Below, piece by piece: positions 24,086-37,186 of a stretch of DNA of 64,000 bases. Where the stretch lies: positions 20,512,213 through 20,576,212 of the forward strand of contig OZ234493.1 in NCBI GenBank assembly GCA_965153455.1, written 5' to 3'. The translations under genes were made by a program, and so were the position numbers. How positions within the stretch are numbered: position 1 is the first letter of the stretch; every line of letters begins with the position of its first letter. This DNA is from Sphagnum compactum (taxonomy: Eukaryota). Under the pieces are notes generated by a model, which saw only the letters and a list, made by a program, of their open reading frames with translations, had not been told where the DNA came from and searched no databases.

Positions 24086-27000
24086 TATATGAAATCCATA
24101 TGCATAAGAATGATTTTGTATTTACTATGTCAACAAAAATGTTTCACACACATATTAAAAATGGTTTCTATTGATCATAGAATTGACAAGTCACTAAAAT
24201 TTGTTTTGTCTGAGAATATTATTATGACATATGTATTCATGTACTATATAGTATGTGTATAATACTATGACACTCCCACTAATACATTAGCAAAGTCCAA
24301 AAATAACCATCTAAGAGTAGTAAGCTTTAATCCACTTTTGTATCACTTATTTTTGTCACTTTTTATCTTTTCTAACTTCCATCGTTTCTTCTTTGGTTCT
24401 CACTACCTTTGTATTTTTGGCTCCCACTTCTTTTTGTAGGTCCATTGTTTTTTATTGTGAATAAAAACTTTTTGTCTTCACAATAGGTTTGCTATAATGG
24501 ACAATTTTTTTGTTGTAGAACATGCGCCATTGATGAGCTTGTGAACATGGCCCATTCAATGATGATGCATTATACAACATTGAATCATTTGTGATGGATG
24601 AACTAGGTGAACAAGGTCCTTCTTGTGATGATTTGGCCAATTATATATTGATAAGTTAAATTGCCATTCCTAGACATTTTTTGCTTCATCATGTTTTCCA
24701 TTTTTGGGTTGTGTAAATGTAAAACCTTCAAACATAAATATGAACACTCACTTCAAGGATTTGCTATTTTATTTATATAACTTGGAATAATGTGGTTGTA
24801 AGATCATATTACAAAATGTCAAGAGCGTGTTTGAGCTTAGCTATTTGCTCAAGTAGTCTTCACATTCTTGCAAATGACAATAATAACACAACTTTCTTGT
24901 TTCAATGGAAAATTGAGGAATTTCTCACACACAAATGATAAGAGCATGAGGATTCAAATGAATAGACAACAAGTTAAGTGCCTTTGAATAAACCAAGTGA
25001 TGTCATACATTTTATATTGCTTCTTTTTAGACAAACTTTAGTAAATATATCAACTACTAAGGTTGAAATATTTTCACATTCCAATCTAACTTGCTGAACT
25101 TGAATTTGTTCTTTGGTAAAATGATATTGTGCGTGTGATATTTAAGGTTTTAAATGAAGGTAGTTTAACACTTTGGTTGTTAGTATAAATCAATGTTGGA
25201 TGTGGTTGAGGAAAATCAATTTAGCTAATAGTTTTCTAAACCAAATGGCTTGTATTGTAAAGCCATGCATTCATATTTAATGCTTGAAAGAACAATTGAA
25301 GGTTTTTAATGATTTGCCTAAGATTTAATTGGGCCAACTAATAGAAAACAAATCCAAAAGTTGAATAGTGTGTGTTTCTATCACTTGCTTAATCAACATC
25401 AGAAAACCCATGTTATAACATGTGGCCATCATTTTGCCTTTGCTATTGGATGCCTATTGATAAAATACTTTTGATGTAATGTAATATATGTTTGGCAATT
25501 GTTAATGTACTTCCCCATAATTGGAAAAACCCACCACTTGAACTGAGGAATTTGCATTGGGTTTGTATATCTTATGGACTATCATATTTAGATAATTTCA
25601 CATTAGATTCCATAGGTGTAAAAAGTAAATTACAATTCATCATTTTGAATTTATGTAGGACTCGACTTAACTATTTTTCTTGTAATAACATCAACCAACT
25701 TGTTTTTTGTTGTGAATGATTTGTATGCCCATTGTCAAGACAATAATTAATATCCTCTTCATGAGACATTTCAAACTCTTCCAATTGATCTTTCAAGTCA
25801 AATAAAGACATAGGTAATTTTCTCACAACAATGCAATCATGAACATATAGAATAATAAAGTGGCCTTCATAATGTATCTTAATGCAAATATTACAATCAA
25901 CTTTTATCCTTGAAAAATTATGACTTTTTAAATAGGTATTTAACCTTTGATACCATGTTGTACGGATTGTCATAGTCCATATGGCGATTTATATAACTTG
26001 CATACAAGATTTTGGGACTTTTGGCATGTAAAAGTTTTCATCCAAAACCCCATTTAAAAATCTAGTTTCAAAATCAAATTGATGAACTTCTAAATCAAAT
26101 TGGGCTATTAGTGTTAACAAAATATTTATGGAAGTGATACAACAAGGGAATTTTTTTTTCCAAAATCAATCTAAGGAACCTAACTAAAACTTCATGCAAC
26201 TAGACATGCTTTATTTTGTTCACACATCCATCTATGTTGTATTTTATTTTGAAGTTCCAATTACAAGTGAAAGGTTTTCCATGTTTTAGCAATGTAACAA
26301 ATGTCCATGTATTGTTTTTCTTTAAAGTTGTTATTTCAAAATATGTAATTTTGTTCCAATGTAGAAATTCACTACTTTTCAAAACTTTTGACATGGATTG
26401 AGTTTTTATAATATGTTTTTGTGCAACAAATGTTATAGGATTTACCTTTTTCTTGAGGTTTGAAGTGACTTTTCTATTTTTTATAATCTTTATAAATTTA
26501 ATAAGTGCTTGCATTTTTCTATGTGATATAGCATGTGTTATTTCACTCGAAGAACTCTCAAATGTAGGTGTAATAATTGTATTACAAGACCATTGGATTG
26601 ACATTTTTTTGATTAATTACACTTAATCTTGAAATTTTTGAATTATACTTTGAAAGTTGTGGTGATCCACCTTTTTCATTACATGAATAATTCACATTTG
26701 ATACATTATCTCAATTGGTTGTTGTTTAGAGCTAATCTGGGATTAATTTTCAAATTTGTTGTTGTGTAAATGGTAAATTTGGTTGAAGATTATTCATGGA
26801 GTTGTAGGTGCTTCAAAGTTTCATGGTATTATAGTGATTATATTAAAAAATAATGATTTAATTCTTCTTGAGGTTGTTTTTAATTAGATTGAATGAAGAT
26901 TTGGACTTAAGGTGCGACATTTCATCAAAAACTACATCCGTCAATATAATAATTTGATTAGACCCCTTCTTCATCAATCGATAAGGTTTTGATTTTTCAC

Positions 27001-27692
27001 TATAATTTAAATATTTACACAAGCTATAGAATGTGAGTCAATTTTCTGTTTGTTGTCTTGATGAACTAATGCATATGCAATACACCTAAAAACTATGAGG
27101 TGTGGTATATTAGGTTCTTCTAAAGATTTTGTAGGTGATTGACAATAGCTTTTCTTGTTTGAATATCAATAGTAATTTATGTTTCCATACATGAAAATAA
27201 GAACCATCAATTTTTTGAACGACTTATGTCCACTTTGTTCAATGCCATTCATAATTTTGCAATATGAACCTCAAATAACATGAAACTTGCAAAATTTATT
27301 TTTCATAGCAACAATTTGTCCAAGTCAAGCAATTAAGAGAAAGTCTAAATTCTTTTGTTAGATGTTTCATGCTTATCATAACTTATATGATCAATTAACA
27401 TTCTTAAAACTTGATCTTGACATGATGTTCTCTCATTTCAAAAGTTCAAACATGGTAACAATTTATGACAAAATTGAGTGTGGCCAAATTGCACTCTGAT
27501 ACCATATTGAAATTACATAGATAAACATAATAATGATTTCGTAAATATTATGTCATCAAGAATGTTCATACACACATCTATAAAGCCAAATGTCTCTGGT
27601 GATCATAGATCTGAGGAGTCACCGAAATTAGCTATATCTAAGAGTATTACTATGATATAATATTCATGTACTATACAATATGTGTACAATAA
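24086..27692 (-). mobile_element. Old, internally deleted Ty1/Copia LTR retrotransposon retaining both LTRs
   Basis: Diverged ~190-bp direct repeats at ~24086-24272 and ~27505-27692. Minus-strand PBS TGGTATCAGAG at ~27494-27504 and PPT AGTGGGAG at 24273-24280. RT remnants LKKNNTWTFVTL..KPFTCNWNFKIKYNIDG and IILYVHD; post-integrase FRCIAYALV. Confidence 0.85.
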
Positions 27693-27949
27693 TGGGTACC
27701 CATGGTTCATTGATTCTTTTAAAAAAGAAAAGAAAACAGAACCGGAGGTTCTCTGATTCTGAAGTATTTAAGGAATTAGACACTGATGGTTATTAACAAA
27801 ATCAAATACCCACCCAACACTAGAAATTACCGGACAGGTTTCAGGAACTTTTAGCCCAAGACAGTATGTATCTGTGCAATTTGCTGGTCTGGAATTGGTC
27901 AGAGAACAAATTAAATCTGTCATTACAAGAGCACACTCCCTTTCGAATG

Positions 27950-28125
27950 GCTACAGCAGCAACAGTCATATTACAATATTTCTGCTTTAGAACACTGGTG
28001 GCAATCCCTAAATGCTGCTAGTGCATGCACTCTTTAGAATGAATCTGGCAGCAACAGTCATAGTACAACATCTCTGCTTGAGAACAATGGTAGAAATCCC
28101 AAAATGCTGCTACTTGGTGTGTGCA
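27950..28125. repeat. Diverged tandem duplication (~90 bp x2) downstream of the CAT gene
   Basis: gcagcaacagtcata.tacaa.at.tctgctt.agaaca.tggt...aatccc.aaatgctgcta occurs twice. Confidence 0.8.
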
Positions 28126-28385
28126 GTGCAGCTAAAATTGAACAACATAAATCATTTGGATAACTGTAGGTAAACTGGCCATCCTTGTGGATTCCCATGA
28201 GACCATTAAATAAGTTGAAACCTTTCTTGCTCAGACCAATGAGCCACCCAACTGCATGATTCAACCTCTTGTTGAGTCATATGCTCCATGTGAAAGCTAT
28301 CAGTGGCATGCCAAGTTGAGCATAGAGCCACCACTAGAATAAGTTGAAAGGGTAGAATTACTACTCCACATTACTGTGAAAGCAC

Positions 28386-30991
28386 TCACACTTGTGTATC
28401 TGGCAACAGCTTAGAAGTCGTGGTTTGCTCCTCCTTTGGCAACTCCCCTGCCAGCTTACTGTGGCTCATCCCATAGAACAGATACACCACTACTCCCAAA
28501 ACCATCCAGACTGAAACACGCAACCATGTAGGGAGCCCAAGACTCACGAGCAAGTATACATTCACAAGAATGCTCCCCAATGGTAATGCTGGTACCCATG
28601 GACAATGGAAGCCTCCTGCTTGCCCAAACTTGTGATGGCCTTCATCTTGCTCAATCAAGAACAAAACAGTCGATGCAGCCACAAATGATGGAGTTCCCAG
28701 CAACCCCAACAGCCATCGGATAGAGATTGGAAGGTCATTTGCAGCAGCAGCCAGGCTGATGAGGACAACACCAACACAAACTCCAGTTATGGCAAACACT
28801 GCTGCCCATCGCCTCAAGTCCTCATTTGACTCCAGTGTATCAGTCTCCTGTGCATATAGCAAAGATTCATGAAGCACTGGTCTGGAACTGCTAGGGGACT
28901 CTGGGGCTGCATTCACCTCCTGGTCACCTGCCTCATCCTGGAGTAGAAGAGACTCACTGCTGCTCACTGATGATGCACAATCGTCTTCAATTCCACGGCC
29001 AGGCAGTGTTTGCAAGGATGCATCTGACAAAATTGACAATACAGGTGAGAACATGGTGGCTTTGGTGAAAACTGGCCTTGATGATGAAATGTGCACAGAT
29101 GGAGGACCCTTGTCAGGTACTGTAGCTTGGATGACTACCTTTGCAACCTCTGGAGGTGGTACATATCTCAGGATTAGAAGGCATACAGCAACAACTGTGA
29201 AGGCTGACAATGTCCCCACACTCACCATGCCCGAAAGCTGGTCCACATTCATAGAGAATGCCATGAGTGATGCAACCATACCAGTAATCAAGGTACCATT
29301 GACAGGCACAGCTGTGATGGGGTGGAGGATGGAGAAGAAGGGTGGGATCAAGCCATCCCGTGCCATTGCCATCAAAATTCTGGGTTGAGGCAGAATTGAA
29401 CCCATAAGGGTAGTGGACAATGCAGCAATTGCACCTGCTGCTACAACAAACGTTGCCCAGGGCATGCCATGGTTATCGAAGGCAGAGGACAGAGGTGTGT
29501 CTGGGTCTATCAGATTGAAGGGGACAAGGCCCACAATCACAGTAGAGAGCAACATGTACAGGCCTCCACAGATGAGCAGAGCAAATCCAATGCCCAGAGG
29601 GAGGTCTCGCTGGGGATTCTTCACCTCCTCTGCTGTACTGGCAACAGTGTCAAAACCAATGTATGCAAAGAAAAGAGTTGCTGCACCTCCAAGCATCCCA
29701 TTGACTCCATAGGGCAGGTACCCTTGAGACTGGTGGTAGCCCTCCCACCCACTGGTAAAGCCTGCCCATGAACCTGCTAACACCACAAATACCAACACTA
29801 GAATGTTGAGAACTACCATAACAGACTGCACCCTTGCACTCTCCCGAATGCCCATACATAGGAGTCCTGTGACCACCAACACCAACAGCCCAGCGCAGGG
29901 GTCAACTACAATGTCAATCCCAGGAATGGTTCGGCGTACTATCCAGCTTGGCAAATTCTGTTCCCCTCCAAAAAAGACTCCCAAGTTTGGCGAGATACCC
30001 CGTGCAACAGTGGCGCCACCCACTGTGTATTCCAATATAAGACCCCAGCCAATGATCCAAGCCACCCTGCACACAAACAAATCATAACTGTGTTGATTTT
30101 ACTGCCACCTACCTTCAGTTGCTCACACCCCACAGTGAAAATTGTGACAACTCCAAGTTGAAAATGACAAATGTGTGTGTTTCCTCTTTCCACCCCACTC
30201 CAGCTTGGAACAAGAATTGTGGGGGATGAGGGTTTCCCTTCATTATCAAGCTTGCTCTTGCAAGTAGCTGTGCATTTGCATCAAACAAAACAGAAAACAA
30301 ACAGCAGAAAAAATAACAAGTATTGGCTGTTACATACCCCTCACCCACACATGTGTAGGCATAATGGTAAGCACTACCAGCAGAAGGGAGGCGGCTTGAA
30401 AGCTCTGCATAGCACAAAGCTGCAAGAGCTGCAGCTATCCCAGCAATGAGGAATGACAACGTGAGTGCTGGCCCTGCTCGCTCCCTGGCAACTGTCCCCA
30501 CCAGCACATACACCCCTGCTCCTATGGTTGATCCTATCCCTGCAATTTCACACATCTATGTCTGTCAGTAAGTCAGTCAGTCAGTGGTGCAAGCCAGTAT
30601 CTATTCTATCTGCCATAGAAAAATGCAGATGTCCAAGTGCAACTGTGGTTACCATGGCAACAGACAACACAAATTCCAAAGATTCCAGGACTCTTCACAT
30701 GTGAACTGCATTACTAGCCTAGAGCCTGAAGGAATTCAAAACAGTCTCAACTGCAATTCTTATCAGATACTAGAGTTCCAAGTCCACCACTCCTGAAATG
30801 ATGTACCAAAATTCACACATCCTGCACACATGAGCAGTCTCGGGAAATCAAACAAGGCAGAGAGGGGGGGATTGCAAACCTATGGAGACGAGGTCCATGA
30901 CACGGAGCCTCCTGGCCAGTTCCATGTGACCGGCATGGCGATGCTGCCGCACCGCCTTCCTCCGCCATAGCGCCAGTATAGTCGTCTTCAT
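28386..30991 (-). CDS. CAT2: Cationic amino acid transporter (APC superfamily, CAT2/3/4-like), 664 aa; exons 30991-30880, 30539-30338, 30066-28386
   Basis: MKTT...[29 protein letters not shown]...[38 protein letters not shown]...[25 protein letters not shown]...[10 protein letters not shown]...[10 protein letters not shown]. Both introns are GT-AG and phase-consistent. The exact paralog is uncertain. Confidence 0.95.
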
Positions 30992-31146
30992 GTCAAAAAT
31001 GCCCAAAATACCAAAAATGCGTTGGGAAAGTGTTCAAAAGCTGTCTCAATATCATCACATCTGAAAAAACAACTACTCCTTCTACTAAGTCCTACCCACT
31101 CCCTCTATCGCTCCCATCATCAACTCCAAGGTTCAGATTCGCTCTA

Positions 31147-31215
31147 CTACAGTCTCCTTTCGACAGTAGTTTCCCTTCTCCCCCTCCTATTCCTCGTCCT
31201 CGTTCTCTTCACCAT
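31147..31215 (-). promoter_or_regulatory. Candidate Arg-rich uORF (22 aa) upstream of the CAT gene
   Basis: Context AACATGG. Peptide MVKRTRTRNRRGRRETTVERRL, followed by TAG TAG. Confidence 0.45.
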
Positions 31216-31762
31216 GTTCTAATCCTTTTTCAAGTAGTGTGCACGCTATGTACTAGTACATAATATTCTAGTGCTCCAAGTCTTCACACGACGACGACGA
31301 TGACGACGAAGCCGATTTCACCTCCTTGTTTTTTCCCCTCTTCTTCTTCCTTCTATCTTACTCCTTACTCATCTTCACACACACTCTTGTGTGCAAAAGA
31401 TTCTTCAATTGTAGTCCAAATTCTCTGCCCCGGGGAGACGCGTGCAACAACAGCCGACTAACCCTTTCTTCGTCCCAGACGGCTGTGAACCGACCTCTAG
31501 AGGGAGACTCAAACCACTACACACGCACAACGCCAAAAACGTGAGATCTGTAAAATACAAAACAAAAAACAAAACCCAAAAAAATAAAAATTCTTCCAAG
31601 ACTCGAGTTTTTTACTCCTGAAGTCAGAATCTACCAAACCCCAGAGAATCCCCCCCCCCAAACAATTGGGAGCCAATTCATTAGCTTACAACTCATTGAC
31701 TGAACAATCCACCCATTTCAAGTTGATTTGACCATCCGATCAATGGCTAGATTACAACTATA

Positions 31763-31853
31763 GACTGTTCAATTGCTCGATTACAAGATTGAATTGACTG
31801 TTCAATTGCTCGATTACAAGATTAGATTGAGTGTTCAATTGCTCGATTGTAAG
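31763..31853. repeat. 33-bp tandem repeat, ~2.8 copies, upstream of the CAT gene
   Basis: gactgttcaattgctcgattacaagatt... starts at 31763, 31796 and 31829. Confidence 0.92.
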
Positions 31854-33400
31854 TTCATGACAGATTGGTCGATTGATTAAAATTTTGCCGCAAGCTTTCT
31901 TTGGGAATATGAGTTAATTTATGTTTTAATTTACTGCACCACAACAGATGCACCACAACAGATGCGTGTGGTTGTGGAATCTGGTGAAGAGGGGTTTCAT
32001 CGACTTTTTGGGGAGACAAGCTTTTTTTTTTTTTTGCCTTTTTCTTTTGTGCCCCTTCTGCTTCTATTTGTGGGGTCCTTTGGGAAAGGTGGGTTTCCAT
32101 ACTTTGCGTGCCAGCAGCAATGGGACACCTTCCTTGAGCTTGGAATGGCGTGTAAACCAGAGCTTCAAGGAAAGAAGAAAGGTGGCCACAGTGAAAGATG
32201 TATGATAAGTGGTCAGGAAACAGTTTTCTGTTGGGTTTCAGTTCATTAGTTAACCAAGGTAATTAGCTCAAGTTACTTTTCTTAACTACCTATTCACTAA
32301 CAACCCACAAGCAGGTTGTTAGTAAGGTAGTAAAAACAGCTCCTTCCTTACCTGTGTATAAACCATCTACTTACTCAGTAGTTACCTATTTTCCTACCTA
32401 TCTACCTATACATGAGAGAGCTATTTCCTACAGAATTGGTTACCAAGGTGAAAACAAATATGAACTCAGTTGAGGTTCATCCACAGCTGAGTAACAACGG
32501 GCATCCAGTGGATGGATGGTGCACTGGTGGGTGCTGGTTCACTGTGGCCGTGTGACCTGCCTAATAAGTAACTAATAATAGAATGGGGAGCTTGGGGGGG
32601 GGGGGAGGGGGGGTGGACAGACCGACAGATGGGGGGTGAAGATGACAATTCCTTGTATATTTCAACACAAAGGTTTCCCAGGTGAGTTTCATACAAGTTT
32701 GTTAAGATACCAGACAGCCTGTTTCCGTGTCTTCTTCGGGTATAAGAAGAATTGGGGTGCAACATTGACACTTTCACACAGAGAGTGCAAAGCGGTGCCA
32801 AAAGTAAGTGAACCCAGCACCTACTCTTGTTGGTTACCTTCACCTTCTGGAGTGAGACCTGACCTCTTATTAGTGGCTATATTCAACCTCTAAAGTGTTA
32901 AATTGGAACTCTGAGACCTTCATCTAGAGTCTTCTTAGGCCCGCATTAGGAGTCACGGCTGAAAAAACTTGAGGTCAACTTTGATCATTTTTGGCTTGTT
33001 GTTTGGTCCAACTTACCAATAAAATGTTAGAACATTGATGTCAGGATATTAATAAATGCTGAAACCTTGGCCTCAAGGGTTGCAAATTGGCTTCCCAATT
33101 TGGATGATATCCTTTTTTCAGGCTTGGGTCCAATACAAAGGCCATGAAGTTCGGCATCTACCTATTAGTAACTTGGGGGCAAATTGAAAATATTCTTTTT
33201 CTATTTCAGCCTTGACTCCTAGTGTAAAGGCCTTGGGGGTGATTTCAACTTTTGCACCAATAGAAATGCTTGATTTTGAGTTGAATATTGGCCTTGACTC
33301 CTTAGAATGGAATATTTCTCACAATGTTTCACAGAAGCAACCAAAATTAATTTTGGAGTTTTTCCCATTGTACAAGTGGTAAGTGCTGGTTCACCCAAGG

Positions 33401-33663
33401 CAGAGATTTTTTTGGTGGCGAATTTTCTCCATGTGGTAAAACATATTATGGCAAAAGAAAAAAAATTGTCAAGAATTTCCCATTAAAAAAATTGCCATTT
33501 TTTTTTTAAATTGGAAAAATCATCACAATTGCCTGCAATTTGAAAGGGTGCTTAAGATTGTTTACTTTCATATTTTGAATATTGTCAAATTTGGCTAAAT
33601 ATACTTATGAGTGATCACCACTTGAGCAACATCACAAAATTGACCCAAAAAGAAAAAACATTG
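33401..33663. mobile_element. Short MITE-like repeat; related copies at ~46940-47295 and ~51375-51620
   Basis: Ends CAGAGATTTTTTT...AAAAAACATTG. Internal ggcgaattt and ttggctaaat motifs are shared in reverse with the copy near 47000-47290. Confidence 0.5.
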
Positions 33664-34302
33664 AACCACGTGAGTGTAATGCAATGCAAGCCTGGGTGAT
33701 AAAGATATTTCAGATATTGTAAAAACCAATCAAATTTTGTTTATTGTGTACAATTGTATCAGGTAAATTCGCTTAGTATTTTATAGATTTTGTAAGATCT
33801 CTGCAAGAGTAATATAGTTTTTACACATTCTCGCCAAATTATTATACAAAAAACAAATGGCTTTTTAAATTTAAGAGAGAACAAATGCCTAGCAATGTTA
33901 GATTTTCTAGCCTAAAATAATAATTTTGTGAACTCCCCTCGATATCCTAGTTGATTATTTTTAGATATACCTCGAATGTCAATATTGCAATAAGATCGCA
34001 AATAATAGAAAATTTTGCATTTCGATATCTTTTCCAACACTTACATTTCAAGTTCATCATCGTATATTATCATTGGAGATCAAAAGTAGCCAATTTCAAG
34101 GATGACAAAGCTTTTGAATCACCTACATGTTTTAGCACTAACATTGGGTCTCTTTTGACATGGTTAGGTCTAGTTCATTCTTAGAATATAAGAACCAATA
34201 GTAGGTAGGTAGCTGGGGACAAGTAAGTGTATTTACTTGTTGTTCATGCAATATTATCATTCTATTGATTTATTGGCTTTGTCTTGCAAAGGCATTGCGA
34301 GA

Positions 34303-34419
34303 ACACCTTTTGAGCACTAATAAGGGTCGGACAATCAAAAGTATGCTGACTAGAGAAGGTTGCAAGTTCACCTTTTGAGCACTAATAAGGGTTGGACAAT
34401 CAAAAGTATGCTGACTAGA
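34303..34419. repeat. Tandem duplication, 66-bp period
   Basis: caccttttgagcactaataagggt(c/t)ggacaatcaaaagtatgctgactaga occurs twice. Confidence 0.92.
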
Positions 34420-37186
34420 TAAGGAAGTTCCCTTTTTTTGTCTCATAATATGATGACGACTTAACAAAGGTTTTTTCTCAAGAAAATGCTTTTTAGAAAT
34501 CAATGTCATTTTTTGGGGGCACCAAAGATGGCAAAATTTCACCAACAAAATAAATTTTCATTTAAAAAATTTAAGAAAAAGATTTTTTGATTTTTTTTTT
34601 TGAAATCAAACACTTAATACATTCAACCAAAAATTGAAAACAATCCAATTTAAGCTTTTCGTGTGGCCAAAATTTTCATGCAAATGACCAAAACCTTGAT
34701 GTTTACCAAATACATATATATTGAAATGGAAATGAAAAAAATGGTTTAAACAATGGAAAAACATTTAGAATTAAAGTGTTGTATTTCAAATTCGAATTGA
34801 AACAATGAAGGTTCTGATGTACCCATGAGTTGCATAATTAAAATTCATTGGATGCCTTGTTCATTAATAAATCATAATTTAATTGCTGAACCATGATGAA
34901 GATTTTTAGTTGGTAATTTGCAGTCAACTATGTAATCAAAATTAATTAAAGTCAAAAAAATAATAAAAGTTTAGGGTTTTGATAAAGTTTTTTGTTTCAT
35001 ACTAAAGGTAATGTTGTATGTTTGTTATTTTTCCTTCTCACTAAAATGAACATTGTGTTTGATTTAAGCTTTCATTTTGTATTGTTGTTTTTTCAAAAGC
35101 ATGAGTTTTTGCAAATGTGTGTTTGTTAAATGTCTTTTTTTTACTACTTCACTTGTTTGTTGTCAATTCATTTAAATAAGTTACTACTTCTTTTTTTTCA
35201 CAATGTTGTTATTTTAATGAAAAAAGTTCGATTAATTATTACAATGGATGATTTGGATTTTTGAGTTTAAAATGTTATGTTTAAAGCAAAGGTGTTCAAT
35301 AGGTATGGCACCTTCGATCAAATTGTAAATAGAAGCATGTAAGATCCAAAGCTATGCATATTTGCATTATGATTTGTTGAACAAAGTGATTCTAACTACA
35401 ATCATTCTTAAAATGAAATCACCTTAGACAAATATGTATGAGTAGTATTTACAAAAAAACATGTTTATGAGGGTCGAAAATTTCAACATTGAGGCAAAGT
35501 TCAAAAAGGATTTGAAAAAGGTGACATGCATGTTGTCTTTACAATTGAATCGATGACCATTTTATCATCAATCATTGTTTTTGAACTTAAAATCATTCCT
35601 ATGTTTTTCACATGGATTCTATAAGAGAATTCAAAAGTCCTCTTCAAAGTTGAAAATTTATTATCATTTTTGTCGTCATTGATGGTGTAAGGGGAAGAGG
35701 GGATGATAAAGGTGAAAGATAGTTGTTGATTGCAAATGGAGAAGATGAATTTGAACATGATGTTTTTGGCAACAATTTCAAAACAAAGTATGAACAACTT
35801 TTTGAGACATACAATGGTGGCCAATGTGTTATGGTTTTGATAAAAAATGAGACAACATCTAAAGGAGAACAATATTTGAAGGCACATTTTTATTTGAATT
35901 TTTGAATTCCCTTTAAACCATTTTTGCAAAAGTTCATTTAAGATTTTTAATTCATTCATGAAAATATCACATGCATTTTCATTTAATCTATTTTTATTTT
36001 TGAAAATAGTTCCATGTTTCATTTTCATTTAGATGTACCCGATGAATATATTAAAAAATTATTTAGTCCAAATCTTGCACAAAGAAAAACAAACCAATTT
36101 TTTTTTAAGCTTTATAAACCACAAGCTGTACTAATTTTAAGATAATAACAAAACTTAAGCTCTATGAGTTTTTTAAAAAACTAATCAACTACATGAATTT
36201 TTTATAATAAAAACCCCTTTCATGAAAAATTCTAAAATCAAAATATGACAACAAAATTACAAAAAAAAAATCAAATTTTAAAACTTTAAGAAAAATGAAA
36301 CTAAAAATTAAGTGAAAAATGTTCTTTAATTTTTTCACTAAATTATATCCATTCATTACTATTGTTTGTTTCAAACATGTAAGTACTTAGTTTTAGATTA
36401 TGCACATTACGAAAAATTGTTTACACTTCTTTTGGAAAAACTTGGATTGAATTTTCATACAATATTATTGTTATTTACGTTTAAAGAAACGTTTGAACCG
36501 GTTTAGGTTTAGATTCCAAGAGGGTTCAACATTGCAAAAGAACCTAAACCCTAATCCCTCAACCCAAAAGCCAAGACCCATAAGCTTCATTAAGAATTCA
36601 GAGAATTCTTCATTTTGTGACCAGTTCTTGTTTCTCCAACAGTTCTCATGCAGCTTCACTCTCTATATTGTAGTTTTGGGTCATTGAAAGGTGATGGAAA
36701 ATAGAATGCTGCAGCAATCTGTAGCTCTGCTGTTGGATTTTGGTATGAATGATGCTCTTAGGTTTTCAATCTGTGTAATGGGGGATCATCCTTTGATATT
36801 CAGAGCCTTTCACATTGTGTAGCGTTCATCTCTGTAGTTGCAGAGCTTTGAGCTTGGGGGTACTAGGAATGAAGAAATGACTGGAAGATGCACCATCTGA
36901 GCTGTTGGGTTTGCTGCTTGAGGTTCCGTTTTGGTTTGCTGCAAGAAGACCTTTGGACTATTAGTAGGTCATCTTTCAGCTGCAGTATTAAATTTGGAGT
37001 GCATGAGCTTTCTCAGCAAGGACACATGCAATTGTTCTTATTGTTTTGGGGTGCTAGCATGTAATGAAGGTAAACAATTGTCCATGGAGGGTTTGGCAGA
37101 TGTCATATTGACCAGCCTTGCAGATGCGTCCCAGATTTCTTTTTACCAAACATGCTTCATTTCCATGATGGGTAGGAGGGATATGA

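Noticed and set aside
31763-31853. 33-bp repeats as CRISPR direct repeats
   Set aside because: They are head-to-tail with no spacers.
35501-36028. 175-aa AT-rich ORF
   Set aside because: Composition-driven (K/I/F/N-rich) with no motif; it lies in decayed repeat-like DNA.
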